Assembly (NCBI GenBank): GCA_963755715.1 | Contig: CAVWLW010000027.1 | Coordinates: 64,001 to 128,000, forward strand | Origin: an uncultured delta proteobacterium | GTDB taxonomy: Bacteria; Desulfobacterota; Binatia; UBA9968 | Length of the DNA: 64,000 bases | Reading direction: 5' to 3' | Shown: positions 31,986-41,669 of the stretch, one piece after another | How the letters are laid out: the number at the start of each line of letters is the position of its first letter | How positions within the stretch are numbered: position 1 is the stretch's first letter | Program-made: the position numbers and the translations under genes | Notes under the pieces: model-generated | What the model saw: only the letters and a program-made list of their open reading frames with translations | What the model was told of the DNA's origin: nothing | Database searches by the model: none

Positions 31986-32075
31986 CACAGGAGGTTAAAA
32001 GAATGGGGAACACGGCGGCGAATTCCGAATCGCATACGGTTTTCGCTGCCGCGGATGTTCGACGGAGAATCTTCT

Positions 32076-32597
32076 ATGAACTGGCTCAAAAAAGAAGAAT
32101 GGTCGTGGTGGCAAGCAGGTTTATTGCTAGGGCTGCTTAACATCGCTGTGTTCTATACTGCGAATTACTACCTGTCGGTTTCGACTACTTTCTCACGCGC
32201 CGCGGGCATGCTGGTTGGGCTGGTCGCGCCGGAACATGTAGCGGCGAACGCTTACTGGCAAAACGTCAAGCCGATTGTCGACTGGCAATTTATGCTCGTG
32301 CTCGGCATCCCGATCGGCGCCTATCTGGCGGCACGGCTGAGTCAAAAAGCCCTTAGCTTTAGCGGCTCGCTTCCCGATATGTGGGTGAGCCGATTCGGCA
32401 CGAGCAATACGCAGCGTTGGGTCGTCGGAATTCTCGGCGGCATTTTCGTCGGTTTCGGCGCGCGCCTGGCCGACGGCTGAACCAGCGGCCACGCCCTCAG
32501 TGGAGGGCTTCAATTGGCAGTGAGCAGTTGGATTTTTCTGATCGCAATGATGATTTCAGGAACGATCATGGCGCGGCTGATTTTTCGGAGGGTGTAG
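32076..32597 (+). CDS. YeeE/YedE thiosulfate-transporter-family subunit 1, putative selenoprotein (UGA 32478-32480)
   Basis: GARLADG-[TGA]-TSGHALSG matches family motif GARLAxGCxSGH; the frame continues 38 codons (a TM helix) to TAG 32595-32597. Confidence 0.88.
32481..32518 (+). promoter_or_regulatory. Putative bacterial SECIS element
   Basis: GCCCTC-AGTG-GAGGGC hairpin with lower GCCA/TGGC stem; apical loop 18 nt after UGA, G at loop position 2. Confidence 0.7.
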
Positions 32598-32599
32598 TT

Positions 32600-33163
32600 A
32601 TGGGTCCACTGGAAATTACCGGTCCGGCGCGCCTCGTGCTCGGACTCGTCACGGGAATTCTGTTCGGCTTTATTCTACAAAAAGCACAAGTGACCAAGTA
32701 TCAGAAGATCGTGTCCTTTTTCCGTTGGACCGATCTGACGGTGCAAAAAGTCATGTTCGCGGCGATCCTGGTTGGCATGGTCGGCGTCTACGCGTTGCAC
32801 GATCTTGGTTTGGTCAATCTCCACATCAAACCGACGCTGCTCGGCGCCAATATTCTCGGCGGCCTGATCTTCGGCGTCGGCATGTTGCTCCTTGGATTTT
32901 GACCCGGCACGTGTGCCGCGGCCTTCGGCGAAGGTCGCCTAGACGGTTTGTTTCGCGGCGTTCTAGGTATTCTGATCGGTGCCGGTCTCTACTCGGAAGT
33001 CTATCCGTTCATCGAGAATAATCTTCTCAAACTTGGCGATTATGGCAAGTTAACGATTCCTTCTTTACTTGGGGCGGGGCCCTGGTCAGTGATTGTGCCC
33101 TTCGTTTTAGTTTTCGGTGCCGTATTTTTTGGCTGTATCAACGTAAAGGTATGTGAAAGATAG
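32600..33163 (+). CDS. YeeE/YedE-family subunit 2, putative selenoprotein (UGA 32900-32902)
   Basis: GILFGFILQKA...GGLIFGVGMLLLGF-[TGA]-PGTCAAAFGEGRLD matches G(Y/F)CPGT; ORF 32948-33163 is in the same frame. Confidence 0.88.
32918..32938 (+). promoter_or_regulatory. Putative bacterial SECIS element
   Basis: GCGGCCTTC-GGC-GAAGGTCGC 9-bp stem (one G-U); loop starts with G, 24 nt after UGA. Confidence 0.65.
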
Positions 33164-33299
33164 GTAGTAGGGCCGCTGAAAACGTTGACGCTGAGGACGG
33201 CGCTGATCGAGTGTACGAAAATACGTCAACGCGAAGTTCGGCGAGCTGCACCGAACCAATTTCGCGTCAAAGCTGATCGATTGTTACGTTACGGGCGTC

Positions 33300-33941
33300 G
33301 ACTTCATGGTGTTAACCGGACAGAGTCGCACACTCGTTACGGTGTTAATTTTTCCAGCAACCTCACGACCAATTTAGTCATGCACGGTGGGTTCGCCGTG
33401 GTCAATAACTCTTGATACAATGGCCATCAACGCAAACGGTCAGACGACCAAGACGCAAGCGGCCGCAACCGGTCAGCTGATCGGGTTGCGTTACTTGAGC
33501 GAGAAGGAGACGACCTATTTTCTCGAATACTATCGCAACGGCGGTGGCTTTAGCCGAGCGCAAATAAAAGACTTCATCACCTTCGTCGATAATAGTTATC
33601 GGACCTTCGTCAATACCGGCAACGACAGCGGACTCATGCGCGCGGCGACACTGCTCGACGGGCCCTATGGCAAGCCCAATCCGGCGCGCCACTATTTATA
33701 TTTTCGCGCAAGCCAAAAGGAGCCGTTTGACATTCTTTATTTCACGCCGGCGATTACATCTATTATGAACTTGAACGACGCAAGCCTAACGGTTATCCCC
33801 GAACTTGCCTACAGCCCAATGACCAACCTTGAGATGCGCTTCCGTACGCCGGTCTTAATTGGAAAAAAAGGTACGGAGTACGGCGAGAAGCAAAACGACT
33901 ATCGAATTGAATTGCGCATTCGCTATTATTTCGGTTTGTAG
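33300..33941 (+). pseudogene. 5'-truncated outer-membrane beta-barrel protein
   Basis: Amphipathic beta strands across two frames, C-terminal RIELRIRYYFGL; no signal peptide or N-terminus visible. Confidence 0.55.
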
Positions 33942-34012
33942 AATGGTCAATGGTCCGGTTCATTGCGGGTCGGTTTATTGCCAAACGAACGCTGTCGTCT
34001 ATCGGAGGTCCT

Positions 34013-35722
34013 ATGAAGGAGCAAAGTGAGTCGCGAACGACTGATTTACCCAGCATGGATGCCCGCCGACGTGTGCTGATTGTCGGTGGTGTCGCGGGGG
34101 GCGCTTCCTGCGCGGCGCGGCTAAGACGGCTCGACGAATCCGTGGAGATCTTGATGATCGATCGCGGTCCGTACGTCTCGTTCGCGAACTGCGGTCTGCC
34201 GTACTACGTCGGCAATGTGATTTCCGATGAACGCAAGCTGCTGGTGGCATCGCGGGAGATGTTTCACGAACGGTTCAATATCGATGTGCAAACCGACACC
34301 GAAGTCATCGGTATCGATCGCAGCATGCGCACGATCACAATGCGCGACGTGCACACCGGCAACACTCGCACGGAACGCTACGACGTGCTTGTCCTGTCGC
34401 CCGGCGCGGCGCCGATCCGTCCCGCGCTGCCGGGCGTGGACCTGCCCGGTGTCTTCGCGGTACGCACGATTCCCGACTCGCGCCGCATTCGTTCCTGGAT
34501 TACGGACCATAACGCCAGGAGTGCCGTTGTCGTCGGTGGCGGATTCATTGGCTTGGAGATGGTCGAGAACTTAATCCATCGCGAGTTGTCGGTGGCAATT
34601 TTAGAGAAACTGCCCCAGGTGATGCCTCCGCTGGATCCCGAGATGGCGGTGCCGCTCATGGAACACCTTGCCGCCAAGGGTGTGCGGCTCCATTTGGGTG
34701 ATGGGCTAGCGCGCATCGAAGAGCGCGCTGGCGCTGGTTTGGTCGTCGTGGCGGAGAGCTGCGCGCGTTTGCCCGCTGATTTAGTTATCCTTGCCATCGG
34801 TGTGCGGCCCGAAACCATGTTGGCCAAGGATGCCGGCCTGGAGATCGGTCCGCGTGGCGGCATTGTCGTTGATGCCCAGATGCGCACTTGCGATCCGAAC
34901 ATCTGGGCCGTGGGCGATGTCGTGGAAGTGCAGGACGTACTTACGGGTCAAGAAACGGTGCTGCCGCTCGCGGGACCAGCCAACCGCCAGGGACGAATCG
35001 CGGCTGAATCGATCGCCGGGCGCGCGCCGCGTTTCCGCGGCGTGCAAGCGACAGCTGTGGTTGGTGTGTTGGGACTGACCGTAGCTTCGACCGGCGCCAG
35101 TGAAAAGGGGCTACGGCGCGCCGGCGTCACGGGCTTTCAAAAAGTCTATCTTCACCCAGGTCATCACGCCGGTTACTATCCCGGTGCACGCGAGATTCAT
35201 CTGAAACTCGTGTTCTCGGTCGCCGACGGCCGCATTCTCGGGGCGCAAGCCGTGGGGTTCGAAGGCGTGGAGAAGCGCATCGATGTCATCGCGACCGCTA
35301 TTCAGTTCAATGGCACGGTTCATGATCTCGCCGAGGCCGAGCTGTGCTACGCGCCGCAGTTTGGTGCCGCAAAAGATCCGGTCAATCTTGCCGGCATGCT
35401 TGGCGAAAACGTTTTGAACGGTGACATGCCCGTGGCCGATTGGTCGGAGCTCGAGCAGACCGATGCTTTGTTGCTCGACGTGCGCGAGGTCGACGAGTTT
35501 AGCCGCGGGCACATCCCCAAGGCGATCAACCTGCCGCTCTCGCAGCTGCGCTCCCGTTACCGTGAGCTGCCGAATGCTCGCGATATCTGGGTGTGCTGCG
35601 CGGTCGGACAGCGCGCGTATTTCGCCACGCGTTTTCTGACCCAGCACGGCTATCGCTCACGGAATCTATCCGGAGGTTATACGACCTACAAAGCTCTGAA
35701 GGCGGCGGGGCTTGCGCCGTGA
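34013..35722 (+). CDS. CoA-disulfide/persulfide reductase with C-terminal rhodanese (CoADR-RHD/Npsr-like)
   Basis: IVGGVAGGASCAARLRR, SFANCGLPY, GGGFIGLE, LCYAPQFG, rhodanese LLDVRE..GHIP..CAVGQRA. Confidence 0.93.
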   Translation: MKEQSESRTTDLPSMDARRRVLIVGGVAGGASCAARLRRLDESVEILMIDRGPYVSFANCGLPYYVGNVISDERKLLVASREMFHERFNIDVQTDTEVIGIDRSMRTITMRDVHTGNTRTERYDVLVLSPGAAPIRPALPGVDLPGVFAVRTIPDSRRIRSWITDHNARSAVVVGGGFIGLEMVENLIHRELSVAILEKLPQVMPPLDPEMAVPLMEHLAAKGVRLHLGDGLARIEERAGAGLVVVAESCARLPADLVILAIGVRPETMLAKDAGLEIGPRGGIVVDAQMRTCDPNIWAVGDVVEVQDVLTGQETVLPLAGPANRQGRIAAESIAGRAPRFRGVQATAVVGVLGLTVASTGASEKGLRRAGVTGFQKVYLHPGHHAGYYPGAREIHLKLVFSVADGRILGAQAVGFEGVEKRIDVIATAIQFNGTVHDLAEAELCYAPQFGAAKDPVNLAGMLGENVLNGDMPVADWSELEQTDALLLDVREVDEFSRGHIPKAINLPLSQLRSRYRELPNARDIWVCCAVGQRAYFATRFLTQHGYRSRNLSGGYTTYKALKAAGLAP

Positions 35723-35959
35723 ACTAACCTGCCGGGCGGTATTTGAGGTCGAAAATGCTGGCGCTTTGCCGTAAACTACACCGGCTCAGGTTCCAGTCGT
35801 GCCGCCTGATAAAACTGCTCAGGCGATTTATTCCAGCCGTCTGCTCAATCTCATTGTTTTTGTAATGTTCGTACAGTTAGACTACGAAGGAGGTGCATAT
35901 AAATCTGCCTTTGAACGGTTGCGTGTCTGCGGCAATCCTAGTTTCGAACCTGGTATTCT

Positions 35960-36077
35960 TGAGTTACCGGCACAACCGCCGAAGTTCGAACTCGTGATTA
36001 ATCTCAAGACCGCCAAGCAGATCGGGCTGACGATTCCGCCGAATGTGGTGGCAAGGGCGGATAATGTGATCAAATAA
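35960..36077 (+). pseudogene. Second C-terminal fragment of an ABC_sub_bind-type protein
   Basis: [34 protein letters not shown]. Confidence 0.72.
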
Positions 36078-36259
36078 TCACCCGACACCGCTAGAGATGC
36101 CAGCTGTGGCGTGTCGTAAACGATCCGAACAACGTGCTCATAGCGCTGCCTGTTCCGATAGACCATGAAACATAAAATGACTCTGTGCATTTCACTCCTT
36201 TACCACCCTAATCCCAGTCTTCTCCAGCGCTCCAATTACAAAAAGGAGACATTGAAACC

Positions 36260-36895
36260 ATGAACATCAATCATCTCGACAACAAAAAAACCGCCCTGCT
36301 GTTCTTCGACATGCTCAACGTCTATTACCACGGCGCGTCGGAGGAAACGAAAAAAAGAATGAAGCCGGTGGTCGATAACGCCGTGCGCTTGATGAAAGCG
36401 GCGCGCGAGCACGGCATTCTGATCTTTTATGCTATGGCCAATCACCGAGTCGATGGCGAGAGCAGGAGTATGATTATCACTGAAACCGATATGCGCTTAC
36501 GGCCTTGGGCCAACAACGACTGTAACCCGACCGTGCACGGCGCCACCGAAGGCTCTTGGGAGCAAAAAGTCATCGAAGAGATCGCGCCGCGTCCTGAGGA
36601 CTACGTCATCCCCAAATACCGCTGGAACACCTTTCATCAGACCTACTTCGATCTGGCACTGCGCTCGCGCGGCATCGATACGTTGATCGTTTCCGGCGGC
36701 GCCGTCGACGTCGGCGTCGCCTCGACCGTCTACGCAGCGCGCGATTTGGACTACAACATTATCGTCGTCCGCGACGCCTGCAGCAACTCCCATGAAGACT
36801 CGATGGCCGCCTTTATGGACACCGTATTCCCACGCATGGCGCGAGTCCGAACCACCGCTAATGTGCTGGAGTTGATCCGAAACAGCATGAAGTAG
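36260..36895 (+). CDS. Isochorismatase-family cysteine hydrolase
   Basis: TALLFFDMLN, KYRWNTF, GIDTLIVSG..VASTVYAARDLDY..VRDAC. Confidence 0.85.
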   Translation: MNINHLDNKKTALLFFDMLNVYYHGASEETKKRMKPVVDNAVRLMKAAREHGILIFYAMANHRVDGESRSMIITETDMRLRPWANNDCNPTVHGATEGSWEQKVIEEIAPRPEDYVIPKYRWNTFHQTYFDLALRSRGIDTLIVSGGAVDVGVASTVYAARDLDYNIIVVRDACSNSHEDSMAAFMDTVFPRMARVRTTANVLELIRNSMK

Positions 36896-36962
36896 CGAAC
36901 TCTTTGGGGGTGAACCAACTTTTGCCTGCGCCGAACGTCTAAATCAGGCAGGGTAAGTCATA

Positions 36963-37349
36963 ATGAAAAGAAGGCTGGTTCTCACCGTTTTTTTTGCCTG
37001 CATGGCAACGTTTGCAGCAATCCTGCCGAGCTTTGCGTCTGCACAAAGCGCACCCGCGGCGGAAAAGCAGAAAATCGAGGCATTGATTAAACAGGTGGGC
37101 GATCTTAAAGACGCCAAGTTCGTTCGCAACGGGTGGACCTATGAACCCGCAACCGCAGTGCGCTTTCTGCGCGGCAAGTGGGAAGCCAACGATGCCGAAG
37201 TCAAAACCGCCCGGGATTTCATCGATAAGGTTGCCAGCGCGTCCGGCACGTCGGGCAAACCCTACCTGATTCGTTTCAAAGATGGTCGTGAAATCAAAAA
37301 CCAGGAATTCCTCCTCGCCGAACTGAAGAAGATCGAACCGAAGTTGTAA
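36963..37349 (+). CDS. Secreted DUF5329-like protein
   Basis: Signal peptide, EKQKIEALI..FVRNG..TARDFIDKVASASGTSGKPY. Confidence 0.7.
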   Translation: MKRRLVLTVFFACMATFAAILPSFASAQSAPAAEKQKIEALIKQVGDLKDAKFVRNGWTYEPATAVRFLRGKWEANDAEVKTARDFIDKVASASGTSGKPYLIRFKDGREIKNQEFLLAELKKIEPKL

Positions 37350-37553
37350 CGCGGCGCAGCGCTTTTTTTCCGTTCGACGACGGCGCGATGCTTAACGCCC
37401 GCTCATCCGGCGCGGCGACGCCCAGGTGTATACTCGATTCCCATTTCGCTACATTGTAGAATTTCGTGCAATGGAGCGGACCGCTTGCGGCCGGAGAATC
37501 GGTATTGTCGAGCTGTCACGTTCCGTTGTATCGCGGTTGGAGGAAGCAGAAAA

Positions 37554-37895
37554 ATGTCCGTTGCCCTGAGAACGACCTTGTTGCTTATCGGATCAAATAT
37601 ATTCATGACCTTTGCCTGGTACGCACACTTAAAAAATCTCAATGATCGGAAATGGTACATAGCGGCGCTCGCGAGCTGGGGCATCGCTCTGTTCGAGTAT
37701 CTGCTTCAGGTTCCGGCAAACCGCATCGGTTACACTCAGTTCAGCGTGGCGCAGTTAAAGATCACTCAGGAGGTGATCACTCTTTCAGTATTCGCACCTT
37801 TTGCCATGCTGTATCTGCGTGAACCGATGAAGCTCGATTATTTGTGGGCGGGACTGTGCTTGCTCGGGGCGGTCTATTTCATGTTTCGATCATAG
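37554..37895 (+). CDS. DMT-family small membrane protein (DUF486-like)
   Basis: SNIFMTFAWYAHLK, SWGIALFEYLLQVPANRIG, QLKITQEVITL. Confidence 0.88.
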   Translation: MSVALRTTLLLIGSNIFMTFAWYAHLKNLNDRKWYIAALASWGIALFEYLLQVPANRIGYTQFSVAQLKITQEVITLSVFAPFAMLYLREPMKLDYLWAGLCLLGAVYFMFRS

Positions 37896-37922
37896 AGCGT
37901 CGCTGAGCGACCTCACCCTGCG

Positions 37923-38864
37923 CTAGTGCCCCTGGCTCTCCAAAAACCGCTCGGCGTCAATCGCAGCCATACATCCCGTGCCTGCGGCCGTAACGGCCTG
38001 CCGATAGATGTGATCCTGCACGTCGCCGCAGGCAAAGACGCCGGGAACATTGGTCTTGGTGCCATCGTGGGTCAGAATGTAGCCGTTCGGATCCAATTCC
38101 AATTGACCAACGAAAAGCTTGCTATTCGGCTCGTGACCGATGGCGATAAAAAGACCGTCGGTCTTGAAATCTTCGGTCTTACCGGTCTTGACGTTGACAA
38201 ACCGCACGCCGGTCACTCCGCCTGCTTTCGGGTCGCCGTAGACTTCATCGACAATAGTATCCCACACAAATGCGATCTTGGGGTTTTTCTCTGCCCGGTC
38301 TTGCATGATCTTCGACGCGCGCAGTTGGTCCCGGCGATGTGCAACGGTTACTTTGGTGGCGAACTTCGTGAGAAACGTCGCTTCTTCCATCGCCGTGTCG
38401 CCGCCGCCGACGACAACAAGCTCTTTGTCTCTAAAGAAAAACCCGTCGCAAGTCGCGCAAGCCGAGACACCGTGGCCCATGAGCTTCATCTCCGATTCGA
38501 GACCGAGCAATTTTGCCGTCGCGCCGGTCGCAACGATTAAACTATCGCACGTGTAAGTATCTTTGCCGACAGCGAGTTGAAAGGACCGCTTCTTGAGGTC
38601 AACTGAGGTGACTTCACCAAACACGACTTCCGTGCCGAAGCGCACGGCCTGCTTCTTGAATTCCTCCATCAACTCCGGCCCCATAATTCCCTTGGGAAAA
38701 CCAGGATAATTCTCCACATCGGTTGTAATCGTAAGCTGGCCGCCGGGTTGAGATCCTTCGATCACCAGCGGTTGAAGATTGGCGCGCGCGGCATAAATTG
38801 CCGCCGTCAGTCCGGCGGCACCCGAACCCAAAATGATAACTCGGTAATGACTTTTCTTGTCCAT
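37923..38864 (-). CDS. trxB: Thioredoxin reductase
   Basis: [47 protein letters not shown]. Confidence 0.97.
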   Translation of the reverse strand: MDKKSHYRVIILGSGAAGLTAAIYAARANLQPLVIEGSQPGGQLTITTDVENYPGFPKGIMGPELMEEFKKQAVRFGTEVVFGEVTSVDLKKRSFQLAVGKDTYTCDSLIVATGATAKLLGLESEMKLMGHGVSACATCDGFFFRDKELVVVGGGDTAMEEATFLTKFATKVTVAHRRDQLRASKIMQDRAEKNPKIAFVWDTIVDEVYGDPKAGGVTGVRFVNVKTGKTEDFKTDGLFIAIGHEPNSKLFVGQLELDPNGYILTHDGTKTNVPGVFACGDVQDHIYRQAVTAAGTGCMAAIDAERFLESQGH

Positions 38865-39009
38865 TGTGATTTTTTAACATAAAAGCAATGGTGCAGAAAG
38901 TAACCCTCAGAGTCGTGCTCGGCTGTCTATTTGAATCTCTATACGAATGGTTGCCATGGGCACGGTGAAGCACATTCGGCTACCAAACCGGATTGAAAGC
39001 GGGATATTT

Positions 39010-39489
39010 ATGGCACAACTCAGTCATTTGGATGAACAAGGCCGAGCCCGAATGGTCGATGTAAGCGCAAAGGAAATAACCAGCAGAATCGCTATCGCGA
39101 GCGGCAGTATTCATATGCGCGCGGAAACTTTGGCGCTGATTCTCGAAGACAAAATCGAGAAAGGCGATGTCTTTTCCGTCGCCCGGGTCGCCGGCATCAT
39201 GGCGGCAAAGAAGACTTCGGAATTAATCCCCATGTGCCACCCGCTCAACATCACTGCGGTGGAAATCGAGCTCACGGCGCAAAAAGAGCCTGCCCGCGTC
39301 GATATCGAAGCCACGGTTCGCGTCAGCGGTAAAACCGGCGTCGAGATGGAGGCCATGACGGCCGTGTCCGTCGCTGGCCTTACGATCTACGACATGTGCA
39401 AAGCCGTCGACCGCGAGATGACGATCGGCGAGATCCGTCTCGTTAAAAAAAGCGGCGGCAAGAGCGGCACGTTCATCCGTAAGGAATAG
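39010..39489 (+). CDS. moaC: Cyclic pyranopterin monophosphate synthase MoaC
   Basis: [47 protein letters not shown]. Confidence 0.97.
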   Translation: MAQLSHLDEQGRARMVDVSAKEITSRIAIASGSIHMRAETLALILEDKIEKGDVFSVARVAGIMAAKKTSELIPMCHPLNITAVEIELTAQKEPARVDIEATVRVSGKTGVEMEAMTAVSVAGLTIYDMCKAVDREMTIGEIRLVKKSGGKSGTFIRKE

Positions 39490-39569
39490 AAACCGAAATC
39501 AGCTGCCCAATGCCTGAATGGTAGGGGCGCAGCATGCTGCGCCCCTACTTTTTGGCACAGTCCAATCTC

Positions 39570-40745
39570 ATGTTGACAATTTACCTCAAATCCGGCCGGG
39601 AGCGTCCCGTGCTCAACGGTCATCCTTGGATATTTTCCGGCGCCATCGAGAGAATCGAAGGAGCCGAAGATGACATCGGAGTGGCGGATGTCTTTGATTG
39701 CAAAAAGACTTGGCTCGCCCGCGGGCTTTACAATCCAAGATCGCAAATCCGCTTGCGCTTGCTTACCTGGCAGAAAGAAGAGATCGACAGCGAGTTCTTC
39801 ACGCGTCGGCTCTCCACCGCTCAGGCTTTCAGGAAACGGCACCTTGCTGCATCGACTAACGCCTACCGAATCGTCAACGCCGAAGGCGATTTTCTCCCAG
39901 GATTGATTGTCGATCGCTACGCCGATTTTCTCGTTTGTCAATTTTTCACCGCCGGCATGGCGCTGTTCAAAGACGACATTGCCGAAGCACTGGGCGCTCT
40001 CGAACCCAGCGTCGCGATCTTCGAGCGCAGCGAAGGGCGGGTCGGAGACGAAGAAGGCCTCGACCCTGCCATCGGAGTACTGCGCGGCGACGCGCCGCCG
40101 GAGGCAATTACTGTCGAGGAAAATGGCTATAAGTTTCTCGTCGATATTCGCCGTGGGCAGAAAACCGGCTTTTTTTTGGACCAGCGCGATAACCGGGCGT
40201 TTCTATTGACGCTGGCGCACGATCGCAGTGTATTGAACTGTTTTTCGTTCAGCGGCGCTTTCTCGGTTTACGCCTTCGGCGGCAAAGCGAAAGAAGTCGT
40301 CACTCTCGATTCGTCGAAACCCGCCTTGGAACTGGCCGAGCAGAATTTAGCATTGAACGGCTTCGCCGAGGCGCCAGGAGAGCTGCTGAAAGGCGACGCC
40401 TTCGCTTATCTAAAAGAAATCGAACGAAAGTTCGACTTGATCGTGTTGGACCCGCCGTCTTTGGCTCCTAAACGAAGCAACGTGGACGCCGCCACCGGCG
40501 GCTATAAATTTCTCAATCTGCACGCGCTCAAGCATCTTAACCCAGGCGGTCTGCTCCTGACCTTCTCCTGCTCCCAGCATCTTTCAATAGATCTTTTCCA
40601 AAAAGTCGTCTTCGGCGCGGCCGTCGATGCGCGGCGCAAAGTCACCGTAATCAAAAGGCTCGGCCAGCCGATCGATCATCCCGTTAGCCTGCATCATCCC
40701 GAAGGCGAATACCTCAAAGGGCTTGCGCTCCGCGCCCTGGACTAG
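39570..40745 (+). CDS. rlmI: 23S rRNA m5C1962 methyltransferase RlmI-like
   Basis: PUA GHPWIFSG, EGDFLPGLIVDRY, GQKTGFFLDQRDNR, LDPPS, EGEYLK. Confidence 0.88.
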   Translation: MLTIYLKSGRERPVLNGHPWIFSGAIERIEGAEDDIGVADVFDCKKTWLARGLYNPRSQIRLRLLTWQKEEIDSEFFTRRLSTAQAFRKRHLAASTNAYRIVNAEGDFLPGLIVDRYADFLVCQFFTAGMALFKDDIAEALGALEPSVAIFERSEGRVGDEEGLDPAIGVLRGDAPPEAITVEENGYKFLVDIRRGQKTGFFLDQRDNRAFLLTLAHDRSVLNCFSFSGAFSVYAFGGKAKEVVTLDSSKPALELAEQNLALNGFAEAPGELLKGDAFAYLKEIERKFDLIVLDPPSLAPKRSNVDAATGGYKFLNLHALKHLNPGGLLLTFSCSQHLSIDLFQKVVFGAAVDARRKVTVIKRLGQPIDHPVSLHHPEGEYLKGLALRALD

Positions 40746-40824
40746 TCCTCGGACAGTGTGGTAGACGAACTCGGCGACGAGGACAGCCGGTTCTGATTCG
40801 GTCTCTAAACAACGAGAGGTGTCA

Positions 40825-41517
40825 ATGGCTTCGTACCAGACCATCAAGGATTGGCCCGAGGAAGATCGGCCGCGGGAAAAACTTCTGGCCAAGGGAGCGC
40901 AATCGCTCAGTGAAACCGAATTGCTGGCGATCATCTTGCGTAACGGCAACGCCAGCACGGGCGAGAGCGCTATCGATCATGCGCGCCTTTTGTTGAATCA
41001 ATTCGGCGGCCTGAAGGGCATCGAAGAAGCCTCCTTCGGCGAACTCGGTAAAGTCAAAGGGATCGGGCCGGCAAAAGTCGCCCAACTCAAAGCCTGTCTC
41101 GAAATCGCCAAACGGGTCAGCAGTCAAAAATGGGAAACCGGCCAACCCCTTCGTTCGGCGGAAGACGTCTATCATCATTTTCGCGACAATCTCGGGACTG
41201 AAAAGCGCGAGCTTTTCTATGTCGTGCTGCTCAACAATAAAAACCGCAAGATTCGCGAAGTAAAAATCTCCGAGGGCTCGCTCACGGCCTCGCTGGTCCA
41301 TCCGCGCGAAGTTTACAATCCCGTGATCCGCGAGTCTGCCGCGGCGGTGATTTTCGTCCATAATCATCCGAGCGGCGACCCGGCGCCGAGCCCGGAAGAC
41401 ATCGACATCACCCGGCGCTTGAAAGAAGTCGGTGACGTCATGGGCGTGCGGGTTCTCGATCACGTGGTGATCGGCCGCGACCGCTTCTTTAGCTTCAACG
41501 ACAAAGGAATGTTGTAA
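40825..41517 (+). CDS. radC: RadC/JAB-domain protein (full-length, chromosomal type)
   Basis: EDRPREKL..G...LSETELLAI, HhH GIGPAK, HNHPSGDPAPSPED, LDHVVIG. Confidence 0.93.
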   Translation: MASYQTIKDWPEEDRPREKLLAKGAQSLSETELLAIILRNGNASTGESAIDHARLLLNQFGGLKGIEEASFGELGKVKGIGPAKVAQLKACLEIAKRVSSQKWETGQPLRSAEDVYHHFRDNLGTEKRELFYVVLLNNKNRKIREVKISEGSLTASLVHPREVYNPVIRESAAAVIFVHNHPSGDPAPSPEDIDITRRLKEVGDVMGVRVLDHVVIGRDRFFSFNDKGML

Positions 41518-41595
41518 CCGGCGCCCTTCCCACTCGTTTGCGCGAACCGCTACCAAACTGTGCTGTCGATTGTGCAAAGTTACAATGGAGTTTTG

Positions 41596-41624
41596 TTGAC
41601 ATCACCGCGAGCCGCGTTTATTCT
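41596..41624 (+). promoter_or_regulatory. Sigma70-type promoter
   Basis: TTGACA-17 bp-TATTCT upstream of the ATG at 41670. Confidence 0.6.
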
Positions 41625-41669
41625 AGCGCTGGAGCGGTTCCCTAATCATATCTTTGATTCATTTAATCC

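Noticed and set aside
32478-32902. Genome-wide UGA reassignment (Trp/Gly; codes 4/25) as the explanation for the in-frame TGAs
   Set aside because: TGA terminates conserved genes at their expected ends (e.g. lolA 2492, hisF 11342), TGG is used for Trp, and both TGAs align to Cys positions.
40825-41517. radC as a marker of a mobile or anti-defence element
   Set aside because: It is the full-length HhH+JAB form in a housekeeping neighbourhood, with no integrase.
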